A DNA stretch of 64,000 nucleotides from Pirellulales bacterium (GTDB lineage Bacteria > Planctomycetota > Planctomycetia > Pirellulales > JBGAPH01). Position numbers and translations under genes: made by a program. Of this stretch, positions 1-9,169 are shown piece after piece; the stretch's first letter is position 1; every line of letters starts with the position of its first letter. Under the pieces are notes generated by a model. It was not told where the DNA came from. It saw only the letters and a list, made by a program, of their open reading frames with translations, and did no database searches. The stretch lies in the NCBI GenBank assembly GCA_046349955.1, contig JAXMBI010000009.1, positions 147,443-211,442 on the forward strand. Reading direction: 5' to 3'.

Positions 1-1097
1 AGCGGCTTGCCCAGCGGCACGACCTCGTTCGGCGAGAGGACCGCGGCGCCTGCGACGTTGAACTCGCCGAGAAAGTTCGCGTAGAGCCCTGCCTCGAGCC
101 AGCCGCTAGCCGCACTGTCGTCGCCTGGACCGAGCACCGCGAGCGCGTCGGCATGTCCCTGTGGCCCGGAAGCCGACCAATCGGCAATGCTTCGCCAACC
201 GACGGGATCAAGCTTGCCGGCCTGCGATTCGATCTGATAGGCGTCGAACGTAAGGGTGTCGGGGCCCAGGTTGGCGAGCTGCGCGGTTCCATCGGGCGCA
301 AACAGCAGCGCAAGCCCCACGGCTGCGAAGTCGACGTCCGTCGCAGTCAATTCGCCAACGACCGTGCCGGCGGGCGAGTTCTCCGGCAAGGTGACGTTCG
401 AAATGTTGAGCTGCCCAGGCCGCTCGTTGACGTTCGTAACATCGATCGTTAAGTCGCGCTCGAAGAACAGGCCGCTGCCGTCGGTCGTGCGGACGCGAAT
501 CACCTGGCTCTTGGCGGCCTCGTAGTCCAGGTCGGCGTTCGGAGCGACGGCCAGCAGATCGCCCGAAATCTCGAAGCGCCCGCCCGCCGAGTCGATCAGA
601 CTGTAGACAAACGTGTCGCCCACGTCCTGATCGACCGTGGTGAATTTGCCGACAACGAAGTGGGCGGGCGAGTTCTCGGGAACCTGCGCTCCATCGAGCT
701 GGATGCCCGTGGGCGTCTCGCTGACGTCGGTCACGGCGATCGGCAGCGAGACATCGACGCTCAGCCCCCCTGCGTCGATGGCCCGCACGGTGATCGAGTG
801 TGTGGGCGCCGTCTCGAAGTCGAGCTGCGGGCCGGCCGCGACCACGACCTGATCGCCGTCGAGGGTGAACCGCCCGCCTGCCGAATCAAGCAGAATGAAG
901 CGGTGTGTGTCGCCCGCGTCGGGATCGCTCACGTGCAGCGTGCCCACCGGCGCGAGCAGGCCGGAGTTCTCCCGCACGCTCGCCGGATCGAGGGTAATCC
1001 CGGTCGGCGCAACGTTGAACGCCCACCGCGGCTCCAACCGCTCGAGTTCAGCCCGCCGACTCCGTCGGCCGTGCGCCGCGCGCTGTTTCCGCCTCAT
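1..1097 (-). CDS. Cadherin-repeat exported protein (N-terminal ~365 aa; gene continues past the left edge)
   Basis: Absent from the ORF track because no stop lies inside the window. Hand translation of the minus strand from ATG 1097 stays open to nt 1: [37 protein letters not shown]... It has three ~100-aa tandem units with cadherin hallmarks (PENSPAGTVVGELTATDVD, DPDAGDTH / DQDVGDTF, LDFE / LDYE, VTDVSE.P / VTNVNERP). Plus-strand track ORFs 153-1149 are its antisense shadows. Confidence 0.7.
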   Translation of the reverse strand, partial: MRRKQRAAHGRRSRRAELERLEPRWAFNVAPTGITLDPASVRENSGLLAPVGTLHVSDPDAGDTHRFILLDSAGGRFTLDGDQVVVAAGPQLDFETAPTHSITVRAIDAGGLSVDVSLPIAVTDVSETPTGIQLDGAQVPENSPAHFVVGKFTTVDQDVGDTFVYSLIDSAGGRFEISGDLLAVAPNADLDYEAAKSQVIRVRTTDGSGLFFERDLTIDVTNVNERPGQLNISNVTLPENSPAGTVVGELTATDVDFAAVGLALLFAPDGTAQLANLGPDTLTFDAYQIESQAGKLDPVGWRSIADWSASGPQGHADALAVLGPGDDSAASGWLEAGLYANFLGEFNVAGAAVLSPNEVVPLGKP

Positions 1098-1280
1098 TGC
1101 AAGCCCAGAAGAAAGACCCGGTGATTCCGCAGACTCGGAACCAGTCTAACCAGGCTTTTCTGGGTTTGCACGGATTTCGCTTCAATCCGCCCCGAGCAGC
1201 GGACCAGCTGTGCGGGCAACGGTTGCCTGCGAGCCAAGTCGCGGAGCGACAAATCTAGATCGTCGGTCAGACCGACGCCT

Positions 1281-2366
1281 CTATTTCGTCGCCGCGGCCC
1301 CCACGTCCTGATACCAGGCCGCCGGCTCGAGCGGGAACGATTGCACCTGCTTCGACTGCGGATCGAACGAATCGAGGGTCGCGCGGCGGAGTTGCAAGTT
1401 TTCGTAGGTGCGGAAGTAGAACACTCGGTTCGTGAGGTCGGAGACCGACACCCACTCGGTGCGATCGAAGTGATCCTGGCCATTCACGAGGCTGGCCGCG
1501 GGGCCCACTGGAATGTCGACGTTGTTGAGCAGGTGCAGCGCCAGGTTGACCCCCGCCTTGACGTCGGCTGCTTGCTTGGCGAGACCCTGCAGGATCGCAG
1601 CCCGCACGAAACGGGCGGCCGGTGAATAGTCGCCCGGCAGCCCGCGGAGTCCCGAGCCCATGCCAAATTCCGCAATCGTTTGTCCTTCGAGCTCCAGCTT
1701 GGGCACGTCGGCGGCCTGCAGGCTGGTGTAGTTGCCCAGGTTGGTGATGTGCCAGTCGTAGGTCGGCGAGTTGGTGATGACGCCGAGCGGGGCGTCGTGC
1801 AACTTAAGCGTGCCGCCCTGGGTGTACTCGATCACGAGCGAGGCGCCCGTGGCATCGGTGACGCGGAAGTGGAGCGGCATCTCGAGCGGCACTTGCGGCA
1901 GCTTGCCGCTCACCACGGTGATTTCGTGGATCCGCTGCTTCGTCTCCGCCACCGTCGCGCAGTTGCCCAGAATCCACGATACGACGTGAACCGAGAGCAC
2001 CGCTTGCTCGGGCTTGGCTTCGCCCGGCGGCGTGAACTGGGCATAGCCGGGCAGATAGAACGCGCCGCAGCCGAGTCCCGCTTCATTCAGCCCTTCGCCC
2101 AAGAACGGCTGTCCGAAGAAGTTGATGCCCAGGCAGGCGTAGCGCGGCGTCCACGTTGCCCCTTGCTTGCCGTCGCCGAGGTCGGCAGTCAGCTTGTAGC
2201 CGCGCGGCACAAACAGCAGCGCGGCGTCGAGATCGATGCCGAATTCGAGCGAGCGGGCGCTGATCACCGTGCCGTCTTGGGCCACGAGGGTCACGCCCGT
2301 GCAGGCCAGGCCGATTTGGGCGGACAACAGGACAACGGCCAACAGGCCCAAGAGTTTCGCGTACAT
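1281..2366 (-). CDS. Choloylglycine hydrolase / linear amide C-N hydrolase family (Ntn hydrolase), secreted
   Basis: 361 aa. The signal peptide ends ...SAQIGLA|CTGV, which exposes the N-terminal catalytic Cys typical of this family. ATG start at 2366. Confidence 0.8.
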   Translation of the reverse strand: MYAKLLGLLAVVLLSAQIGLACTGVTLVAQDGTVISARSLEFGIDLDAALLFVPRGYKLTADLGDGKQGATWTPRYACLGINFFGQPFLGEGLNEAGLGCGAFYLPGYAQFTPPGEAKPEQAVLSVHVVSWILGNCATVAETKQRIHEITVVSGKLPQVPLEMPLHFRVTDATGASLVIEYTQGGTLKLHDAPLGVITNSPTYDWHITNLGNYTSLQAADVPKLELEGQTIAEFGMGSGLRGLPGDYSPAARFVRAAILQGLAKQAADVKAGVNLALHLLNNVDIPVGPAASLVNGQDHFDRTEWVSVSDLTNRVFYFRTYENLQLRRATLDSFDPQSKQVQSFPLEPAAWYQDVGAAATK

Positions 2367-2482
2367 GCGGGAGGCTCGCTACGGTGGGATTGCGGTGGGA
2401 AAAACGTGTCCCGGCGGACGGAGCAGCCCGCCATGCAAGCGTAGCTTGCAGAATTGCGCCCCTCGGCTCGCCCGACAGCTCG

Positions 2483-3916
2483 CTAATCCCGCTTGAGGGC
2501 CTTGAGCTGCGCCGCCTCGGGGAGCGCCTTGTAGTAGGGATCGAGCGGGTAGCAACCCGAGACGAGCCCGTTGCGGGGGGCGGTCGTGCAGTCGCTGAAG
2601 GTCCGGCAAATCTGCTTGCGGGCAAGCGTCCCTTGCTCGAGCGCGTCGGCCGGCAGCTCGGGATACGAAAGGACCATGCGGCCGAGGCCCACGGAGTCGA
2701 TCCAGCCCTGCCGCACGACGGCCTGGGCCACCTGCGGCAAGAAATCTTGCAGATAGCTGTAGCCCGTGCCCACCAGCGGCAGCCCTGGGACCGCCTGCCG
2801 GCATTGCCGTGCAGCATCGATTTGCCGGCAGACTCCCACGAGCGGGTCTTCCGGCGGCGCGTAGCCGTCGCTCGGCGGAAAGAGCGCCGGCCGCTGCAGG
2901 TGCGGGTTGTAGTAGGGGCTGCCAGCTGTGAGGTTCACCGTGGCCACGCCCCACTCGAGCAGCCAACGGAGCAGGTCGAGCGGTTCGCTCAGGTCGATGC
3001 GCGTGGGGTCGCTCGAGTCAACGCCGAAGCCGCAATCGTAGGGCAACATCTCACCGTACGGCATCGGCACGCCCACCTCGCCGCCGGCGACATAGGGGAC
3101 GCTGTCGAACACGCTCAACCGCACCCCGATGATCAAGCCCGGCGCTTCGCCGCGCAGCCGCTCGATGATCGTGCGGAGCAGCCGCGTGCGCCCCGCCAGG
3201 TCGCCGCCAAACGGGCCAGGGCGCCGGCGAGCGCTCAGGAACTCGTGCAGCAGATAGCCGTGGCAGGCCTTCACGTCGACGAAGCGGAAGCCCACCTGCT
3301 GGGCGAGCTTGGCGGCGTCGACATAGCGGTCGGCCAACCGCTCGAGATCGCTGTCGCTCCACACGACCGAGTCGTCCTGCGGCGCGATGCCGAACTTGGG
3401 GTCGAGCAGCGGATGGTGGTAGGCGATGCGCGGCTCGAACCGCGGTCCGCGCGGCTTCGAAAATCGGCCCGAGTGCGTTAGCTGCAGGCCGACGAGCAGA
3501 TCGTCGTCGCGGCCGAAGCGTTCGCGGTGGGCGCTAGTTAGCGCCTCGAGCAGCGCGGCTAAGCCGGCGCGGTTCTCCGGCGTGGCCAGCGTCTGACGAG
3601 GATTGGCCCGGCCATCAGGCTGCACGGCCGCCGCTTCGCCCCCCCAAATCAGCTTGGCGCCGCTCAAGCCGAAGTTCCGCCACCGCCGCAACGTGTGGGG
3701 CGAGGGGGCGCCATTGGGCTCGGCGTCCCAGCCTTCCATGGGATGGATGCACCAGCGGTTGCCGACCGTAACGCCCCCGATCTCGAGCGGCGCGGCCAGC
3801 GGCGAGCCCGCGGCGGCCGTGAGAATCGCTTCATCGACGGGCAGCTCGCAGCCGAGTTCGGCCAGCCGCTGCGCGAGTCCGGCGGCCCCTTTGAGTTGAG
3901 CGACGCGCGGAATCAT
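2483..3916 (-). CDS. NADH:flavin oxidoreductase, Old Yellow Enzyme family
   Basis: OYE-type motifs (CIHPMEGWD, LIWGGEAAAV, FVDVKACHGYLLHEFLS). The track start at 3937 is GTG. ATG 3916 overlaps the stop of the upstream ligase gene as ATGA, so I prefer 3916. Confidence 0.8.
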   Translation of the reverse strand: MIPRVAQLKGAAGLAQRLAELGCELPVDEAILTAAAGSPLAAPLEIGGVTVGNRWCIHPMEGWDAEPNGAPSPHTLRRWRNFGLSGAKLIWGGEAAAVQPDGRANPRQTLATPENRAGLAALLEALTSAHRERFGRDDDLLVGLQLTHSGRFSKPRGPRFEPRIAYHHPLLDPKFGIAPQDDSVVWSDSDLERLADRYVDAAKLAQQVGFRFVDVKACHGYLLHEFLSARRRPGPFGGDLAGRTRLLRTIIERLRGEAPGLIIGVRLSVFDSVPYVAGGEVGVPMPYGEMLPYDCGFGVDSSDPTRIDLSEPLDLLRWLLEWGVATVNLTAGSPYYNPHLQRPALFPPSDGYAPPEDPLVGVCRQIDAARQCRQAVPGLPLVGTGYSYLQDFLPQVAQAVVRQGWIDSVGLGRMVLSYPELPADALEQGTLARKQICRTFSDCTTAPRNGLVSGCYPLDPYYKALPEAAQLKALKRD

Positions 3917-5616
3917 GACGGGCTGGCCGCCGCGCACGCGGTTGCGGCTGGCGCCGCGTACATCCGCTCGATCACCTCGGCATGGCGGCGCGCGATCACT
4001 TCGCGCCGCAGCTTGAGCGTGGGAGTGAGCTCGCCCGATTCGATCGTGAAGGGATGCTCGAGCAAGGCAAACCGGTGGACCTGTTCGCAGTCGGCAACGT
4101 TCGCCAACCGCGCCGCGATTCGCTCGGCGACGACCGCGCGGACCTCGGCCTCCTCGAGCCGATCAGGCAGCGCGGCGGCCCGGCCGCGCAAGAGCAGCGT
4201 TTGATCGAGCTGAGCGAAGTCAGGCACGATCAAGGCCGCCAAATGGCTGCGGCCGTCGCCGAGCACGACCGCCTGGGCGATCAGCGGATCTTCGGTCAGC
4301 AATGCTTCGAGATAGACCGGCGCCACGTTCTTGCCGGCCGAAGTGACGATCAGTTCTTTCTTGCGGCCGGTGATCTTGAGATAGCCGTCGGCGTCGATCT
4401 CCCCCAGGTCCCCCGTGTGCAGCCAGCCCTCGCGGACGGTGGCGGCCGTGGCCTCGGGCAGATTCCAATAGCCCACCATCACGTGCGGACCGCGGGTAAG
4501 GATTTCGCCGTCGTCGGCGATGCGAATCTCCACGCCCTCCACAGCCCGGCCGGAATACCCAATTTGGTAGGCATTCAGCGATGAGGCGCTAATAACCGGA
4601 GAGCTTTCGGTGAGGCCATAGCCCTGCAGCAGCGGCACTCTTTGGCTGAAGAAGTACTCCGCCAAGTAATCAGGCAAGGCAGCGCCGCCCGAGCCGATGG
4701 CGCGCATCCGGCCTCCCAGGAGCGACTGCAGGGCGCCCGGGGTGTTGAGTTGCCCGACTTCGGACAGGCGGCGATGGAGCTTCTCGAAGAAGTAGGGCAC
4801 GCCGCTCATGATCGTGGGCCGCAGCCGCACGCAATCGGCGATGATCGTTTCGCGGCTGCCGGCCAGCGCCAACTGGTAGCCGCAGGCTAGCCACGAGTAG
4901 AAATCGCAGGTTCGGGCGAAGATGTGGCTCAAGGGGAGCCAGCAGAGGCGCAGGTCGTCGCCCGTCATCTCGAACGCCTGCATCGTCGCCAGCGCGTTGG
5001 TCGTGAGGTTGCCGTGGCTGAGCATTACGCCCTTGGGCTCGCCGGTCGTGCCCGACGTGTAGAGCAGCGTCGCCAAATCGCTTGGCTGAAGCTGCTCGAG
5101 GGCTTGTCGCTCCAGGCGTTCGCCGGCGGCCGCGTCTTCAGCCGCCGCCAGTTCGGCCAGAACCTGCGGCGCTTGCCCGTCAAAGCGCATGTCGGTCGCC
5201 TCGTGCGCGAGAAACCGCTGCGGCGTCGACAGCGTGTCGGCCGCGCCGGCCAGCCTTTCAGCAAGTTCCGCGTTCGAAACAATCGTCAGCCGCGCGCCCG
5301 AGTCGTTGATCTGGTACACGACCTGCGGCCCCGAAAGCACCGCATGGATCGCTACGTGAACGCCGCGGCAAAGCTGCACCGCGAGATCGACGACCAGCCA
5401 TTCGTAGCGGTTCTCGCACACATGGGCCAGGCGGTCGCCGGGCTCGAGCCCCAGCCGCGCGAGCGCTGCGGCCGTGCGGCGCACGTCGCCGGCGAACTCA
5501 GCCCAGGTAATCGGGCGATCGCCGCCGCTGGTGCGCTGCCAAAACGCGACGCGGTCAGGCGTCGACGCAATGCGGCGGTGAAACAACTCAACGAGCGTGT
5601 GGGGATGGTTCGTCAC
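3913..5616 (-). CDS. AMP-dependent acyl-CoA synthetase/ligase (long-chain fatty-acid-CoA ligase-like)
   Basis: 567 aa with AMP-binding signatures LLYTSGTTGEPKGVMLSHGNL, GYGLTESS and TGDLGEIDADGYLKITGRKKELI. GTG start. Confidence 0.9.
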   Translation of the reverse strand: MTNHPHTLVELFHRRIASTPDRVAFWQRTSGGDRPITWAEFAGDVRRTAAALARLGLEPGDRLAHVCENRYEWLVVDLAVQLCRGVHVAIHAVLSGPQVVYQINDSGARLTIVSNAELAERLAGAADTLSTPQRFLAHEATDMRFDGQAPQVLAELAAAEDAAAGERLERQALEQLQPSDLATLLYTSGTTGEPKGVMLSHGNLTTNALATMQAFEMTGDDLRLCWLPLSHIFARTCDFYSWLACGYQLALAGSRETIIADCVRLRPTIMSGVPYFFEKLHRRLSEVGQLNTPGALQSLLGGRMRAIGSGGAALPDYLAEYFFSQRVPLLQGYGLTESSPVISASSLNAYQIGYSGRAVEGVEIRIADDGEILTRGPHVMVGYWNLPEATAATVREGWLHTGDLGEIDADGYLKITGRKKELIVTSAGKNVAPVYLEALLTEDPLIAQAVVLGDGRSHLAALIVPDFAQLDQTLLLRGRAAALPDRLEEAEVRAVVAERIAARLANVADCEQVHRFALLEHPFTIESGELTPTLKLRREVIARRHAEVIERMYAAPAATACAAASPS

Positions 5617-5742
5617 GGGCAGCAGCGCGTCGATGCGAGTGGCGGGTTCAACCGACGGCTCGCGAGGGCTGAGAGCCGCCGGTCCGACCGATTCTACTAG
5701 CGGCCGACCGCCATTGCCACGCAGCCGACCTCAGCAGAGGCG

Positions 5743-6783
5743 TTAGCCCGCCGCCATCGCGCGCATCTCGGCTTTCCCGGCCGCTGAACTCGTCTGGCCG
5801 CGCCGCGTGGGACGCAGCACTTCGGCTTGGCCGCGTTTGGCTTGACCGGCGGGGGGCCGCGGGCCGAACACCATCCGCACCCATTCGGGCGGCACGAACG
5901 CCAGGTTGCAGATCAGCATCGCCAGACCAAACGTAGGCATGCCCAAGAAGAGCACGATGCCCAGGTGCAGCGGCAGGGCCAGCAGGAGCATCACGGGGCG
6001 TGTGAACCGCGGCCAGATCAGCGCCGCGTAGAACAGTTCCCAGAAGAGCACCGTGTGGGTGGCCAGCGCCACGAGCACCGGGTGGTGCGCGAGCCAGGTC
6101 ATGTCGATGGATTGATATTCTTGAATCGCCACCGCGCCCCACATCGCGGTCCCGTCCCACCAAGCCGCGCCTTGCAGCTTGGCCATCCCGGCGAACATGT
6201 AGATGATGCACAGATGAATCTGGGCGAGACGGATCGCCACGTTGGTGTTGATCCGCGGCGCGGCCGCCGGCAGCTTCAGCCCTTCGCGCCGGGCCGCCAG
6301 CCAGCGGTCGAGCGAATAGGCCTCGCCGCACGGCCCCACTGCCAGGTACATCGCCAGCATGGCGTTGCACTGGTCGAGTCCGTAGAGCGAACCGGTGAGC
6401 CGGTGGATGTACGAGACGGTGATCAGGAATGACAGCCCTGCCATCAAGCGGCTGTAGAGCCCGAGCGTGAGCAACGCGAAGACGCAGAGCGCCCCCAAGT
6501 GCAGCATCCAGAGCACTGCCGGCGAGCGGATCAGCCAGAAGTGGCTCCAGGCCCAACCATCGGCTTGCAACCGCGCAAGCAGATCGAGGTCGACCCAGGG
6601 GTTCGGCCCGAAAAACGCCTGAAAGTCCTTGGCCCACACCAGGTGGGTATAGAACAGCATGGCGCCTGCGAGGATGCGGATCAGCCCCAGCGTGGCGGCG
6701 TCTTGGGGCGTGAACCAGAAGCGGTTCCAGCCCTCCCAGGCGGTTTGCAGCCAGTCGACGATTGGCCGAGTGAAGCGGTTCAT
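5743..6783 (-). CDS. HTTM-domain polytopic membrane protein (vitamin-K-dependent gamma-carboxylase-like domain)
   Basis: Start taken at ATG 6783 (MNRFTRPIVDWLQTAWEGWNRFWFTPQDAATLGLIRILAGAMLFY...), which matches the HTTM N-terminal pattern and is followed by multiple TM helices. There is an ATGA overlap with the stop of the upstream ORF. The 502-aa track ORF reaching 7251 is a same-frame 5' over-extension. Confidence 0.7.
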   Translation of the reverse strand: MNRFTRPIVDWLQTAWEGWNRFWFTPQDAATLGLIRILAGAMLFYTHLVWAKDFQAFFGPNPWVDLDLLARLQADGWAWSHFWLIRSPAVLWMLHLGALCVFALLTLGLYSRLMAGLSFLITVSYIHRLTGSLYGLDQCNAMLAMYLAVGPCGEAYSLDRWLAARREGLKLPAAAPRINTNVAIRLAQIHLCIIYMFAGMAKLQGAAWWDGTAMWGAVAIQEYQSIDMTWLAHHPVLVALATHTVLFWELFYAALIWPRFTRPVMLLLALPLHLGIVLFLGMPTFGLAMLICNLAFVPPEWVRMVFGPRPPAGQAKRGQAEVLRPTRRGQTSSAAGKAEMRAMAAG

Positions 6784-7484
6784 CGCAGTTGCTCCGCCGT
6801 GAACGTCGCCAGCACTCGGTCGGGCGGGTAGGACCGCGGATCGTCGAGCTTGGCCCCTTGCGCCACTTCTTGCGGCGGGGCGATCAGGTGCCGCCGCAAG
6901 TAGAGCGTCACTTCTTCGGCCCCCGTGGTCTGCACCAAGTGCTTGGCGAAGGAGCGGACCATGGCGTCGCGCAGCTCGTTCTGCTGCTGGCTGTCGAGCG
7001 TGTTCACGAACTCGCTGAGCATGAAGTGGCGATGGTAGAGCAACCGCGGCCTCTGCTCGGCGACGCTCGGGAAGATGCCGGTGGTCTGCGAGCCGTCGGG
7101 CAGCCTGAGCTCGTAGCGAATTAGGTGCGCCGGCCCAGGCTCGGGAGCGAAGAAGCGATAGCCATTGTCGAGGAACGCCAGCCGCAGGTAGGGGTGCAGG
7201 GCCGACTCCAGCGTGCCTGAAAGGGCCGAGGTGGAGGGGGCCATGGCCCAAGGGCCGACGAACACGGCCGTCACGTGCAGGGCCACGAGCGCGCTGATCA
7301 CAAGGCGCCAGCGCAGCGCCAGGGGCGGGGCGGCTGGAGCGGTGGGGGTTGCCGTGCTCATGAGGGCTGCCGAGTGCGAGGGCTCGAGCGGGGCAAACCG
7401 AACTCGCCCCGACATCAGCCCGTTATCGGCCGCCGCACGCCCCGCGTCAAAGCCATTCGCCCCAGCCGGCCGCGCTCTCCCCAA
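6780..7484 (-). CDS. Hypothetical single-pass membrane protein, translationally coupled to the HTTM gene
   Basis: One TM helix (LRWRLVISALVALHVTAVFVGPWA) followed by a ~170-aa soluble domain. Its stop overlaps the HTTM start (ATGA). The start is uncertain, with in-frame ATGs at 7415 and 7361. I recognise no family by eye. Confidence 0.5.
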   Translation of the reverse strand: MGRARPAGANGFDAGRAAADNGLMSGRVRFAPLEPSHSAALMSTATPTAPAAPPLALRWRLVISALVALHVTAVFVGPWAMAPSTSALSGTLESALHPYLRLAFLDNGYRFFAPEPGPAHLIRYELRLPDGSQTTGIFPSVAEQRPRLLYHRHFMLSEFVNTLDSQQQNELRDAMVRSFAKHLVQTTGAEEVTLYLRRHLIAPPQEVAQGAKLDDPRSYPPDRVLATFTAEQLR

Positions 7485-7599
7485 AAAGCGAAACCCTCAC
7501 ACGGACCGCGGTCCGTGTGAGGGTTAAGCGCAATGTAACGTTGCACGCTTGTGGGCCGGCCGAGCACGTGAACGCGCCCCCGAGCCCAGCAGCGAGCGG

Positions 7600-8805
7600 T
7601 TACTTGGCCGAAGCCACTTCGGCGGCGGGCTGGGCCGAGAAGTCGAAGCTCAGCTCGGTGGTCTCACCGGCCTTGAGCGACACCTTCTCGTCCTTCACCT
7701 GGGTCCGACCGTCCTGCGTGTATTCGACACGCACGTCATAGTCGGCCCAAGCGGCGCCGGCGGGCAGCTTGGTGGTGGTGAACTCACGCACCGTGCCGGT
7801 GGCCTTCATCTCGTGTCCGGCCAGGGTCACCTTGGCGTCGGCCGGAACGTTCAGCACCAACTTGGTCGGCGCTTCGTCCTTGGCCACGGCGGTCTCGCCC
7901 GCCAGGTCGAACGACAGGTCGGCCCGCTGGCCTCCCTGCAGGCGAACGGTCTTCACCTGCTCGATCGTCTGACCGTCGCGGACCAGGGTCGCCTTGACCT
8001 CGTACTTGTAGCGGAAGCCCGGCTCCAGACCGCGCGACACGAACTGGCGATCGTTGCCGGTGCTGCGGGTGGGCAGGCCGTTCACCACGACCTGGGCCCC
8101 AGCGGGCACCTGCACGTTGAGCAGAGCGCTGCGCTCGAGCTCATCGGCCGGAAGATAGAGCGACGCGCCGGCCGGCGGGGTCGTCGTGCCGGGCGCCGTC
8201 GGGTTGAGCAAGTCATCGGTGGCGGGCGCAGTCGGAGCAGGCGTGCCGCCTTCGACGGGCGCCGCCGGCGCTTCGGCCGGCCTCATCGTCGAGGGAGCGC
8301 TTTCGACGTAGTCGGGCTCAGCCACGGTCCAGCCGCCGCTCGAGCCACCCGAGGATCCGCCGGACGACCCGCCGCTCGAGCCGTAGCTCCAGCCGCCGGA
8401 CGAGCCGCCGCTCGAACCCCAGCCGCCGCTCGAACCGCCGGAGCTGCCGCTCCAGCGCCAAGCCCGGCGCTGATGATGACGCCAGCCCCAGCCGCCGGAC
8501 GAGCCACCGCTCGAACCCCAACCGGAGTAGCCGCCGCTCGAACCCCAGCCGCCGCTCGAGCCGTAGTAGCCCCAGCCGCCGGACGAGCCACCGCTCGAGC
8601 CCCAGCTGCCGTAGCCGCCGCTCGAACCGCCGCTGGAACCCCAGCCGCCGCCGCTCGAGCCGCCCCAGCTGCCGCCGTAGCCGCCGCTCGAACCCCAGCT
8701 CCCGTGATGGCGCCAGCCGGCTTCGGCCACGCCCGTCAGGCCCCAGCCGCTCGTGGCGACAGCCGCGGCGGCGATGGCAAACATTTTCAGACTACGCACG
8801 AACAT
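7600..8805 (-). CDS. Secreted Gly/Ser/Trp-rich protein with two C-terminal TIGR03000 (planctomycete) domains
   Basis: Signal peptide MFVRSLKMFAIAAAAVATSG, then ~130 aa of SSGG(W/Y)G repeats. Two ~75-aa units fit the TIGR03000 pattern (LLNVQVPAGAQVVVNGLPTRSTGNDRQFVSRGLEPGFRYKYEVKATLVRDGQ... and LVLNVPADAKVTLAGHEMKATGTVREF...). ATG 8805 is preceded by GGGGGAG; the track start at 8823 is GTG. Confidence 0.8.
   Translation of the reverse strand: MFVRSLKMFAIAAAAVATSGWGLTGVAEAGWRHHGSWGSSGGYGGSWGGSSGGGWGSSGGSSGGYGSWGSSGGSSGGWGYYGSSGGWGSSGGYSGWGSSGGSSGGWGWRHHQRRAWRWSGSSGGSSGGWGSSGGSSGGWSYGSSGGSSGGSSGGSSGGWTVAEPDYVESAPSTMRPAEAPAAPVEGGTPAPTAPATDDLLNPTAPGTTTPPAGASLYLPADELERSALLNVQVPAGAQVVVNGLPTRSTGNDRQFVSRGLEPGFRYKYEVKATLVRDGQTIEQVKTVRLQGGQRADLSFDLAGETAVAKDEAPTKLVLNVPADAKVTLAGHEMKATGTVREFTTTKLPAGAAWADYDVRVEYTQDGRTQVKDEKVSLKAGETTELSFDFSAQPAAEVASAK
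8329..8718 (-). repeat. Coding low-complexity tandem repeat encoding (S/G)SGG(W/Y)G
   Basis: The plus strand shows reiterated ccgccgctcga(g/a)cc and ccagccgccggacgagcc units of 12-24 nt. WRHH motifs occur at the start and in the middle of the block. Confidence 0.8.
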
Positions 8806-8859
8806 GTAAGGTACTCCCCCCACTAGACTTTTGCGGTGTATTGGCCGTTTTCATCCGAA

Positions 8860-8887
8860 AACATACCAACCGTAGCTTGCAGTTCAA
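8860..8887 (-). promoter_or_regulatory. Possible sigma70-like promoter of the TIGR03000 gene
   Basis: The minus strand reads TTGAAC-N16-TATGTT in an unusually AT-rich patch about 55 nt upstream of ATG 8805. A perfect hairpin GTTTTC-GGAT-GAAAAC follows at 8847-8862. This is a pattern match only. Confidence 0.25.
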
Positions 8888-9169
8888 GCAAGCTGCGTTG
8901 ATTTTTTTGCCTAGCAAAGGTCTTTGGGGTGAGTAGACTATGCCGCCGCTTAGGCCATGCGGCGCGCCGGTCGGCGCATAAGACGCGATAGACAGTAGTT
9001 ACGGCGTCGCTACAACCGGCCGGGGGGCAGCGCGCGGCTTGGGGTGTTTCTGCCTCACCCACCTCGGTCGTGCGCGTTTTCAGGCGCTCGATACAGCGGG
9101 CGCGCGGATTCTGCGCTCGCTCCTCCTGACAACGTCGCAAGGAGAGTTCCGTTCGTAGCGAAGGCGCCG

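Noticed and set aside
1094-1483. 129-aa minus-strand ORF in the cadherin gene upstream region overlapping the hydrolase 3' end
   Set aside because: It overlaps the well-supported choloylglycine hydrolase gene in another frame and has a Ser/Arg-rich nonsense composition.
7549-8826. 425-aa Ala/Arg-rich plus-strand ORF, plus the 8283-8591 and 8318-8521 minus-strand frames
   Set aside because: These are alternative readings of the GC-rich SSGGWG repeat DNA. Only the 7600-8805 frame has a signal peptide and TIGR03000 domains.
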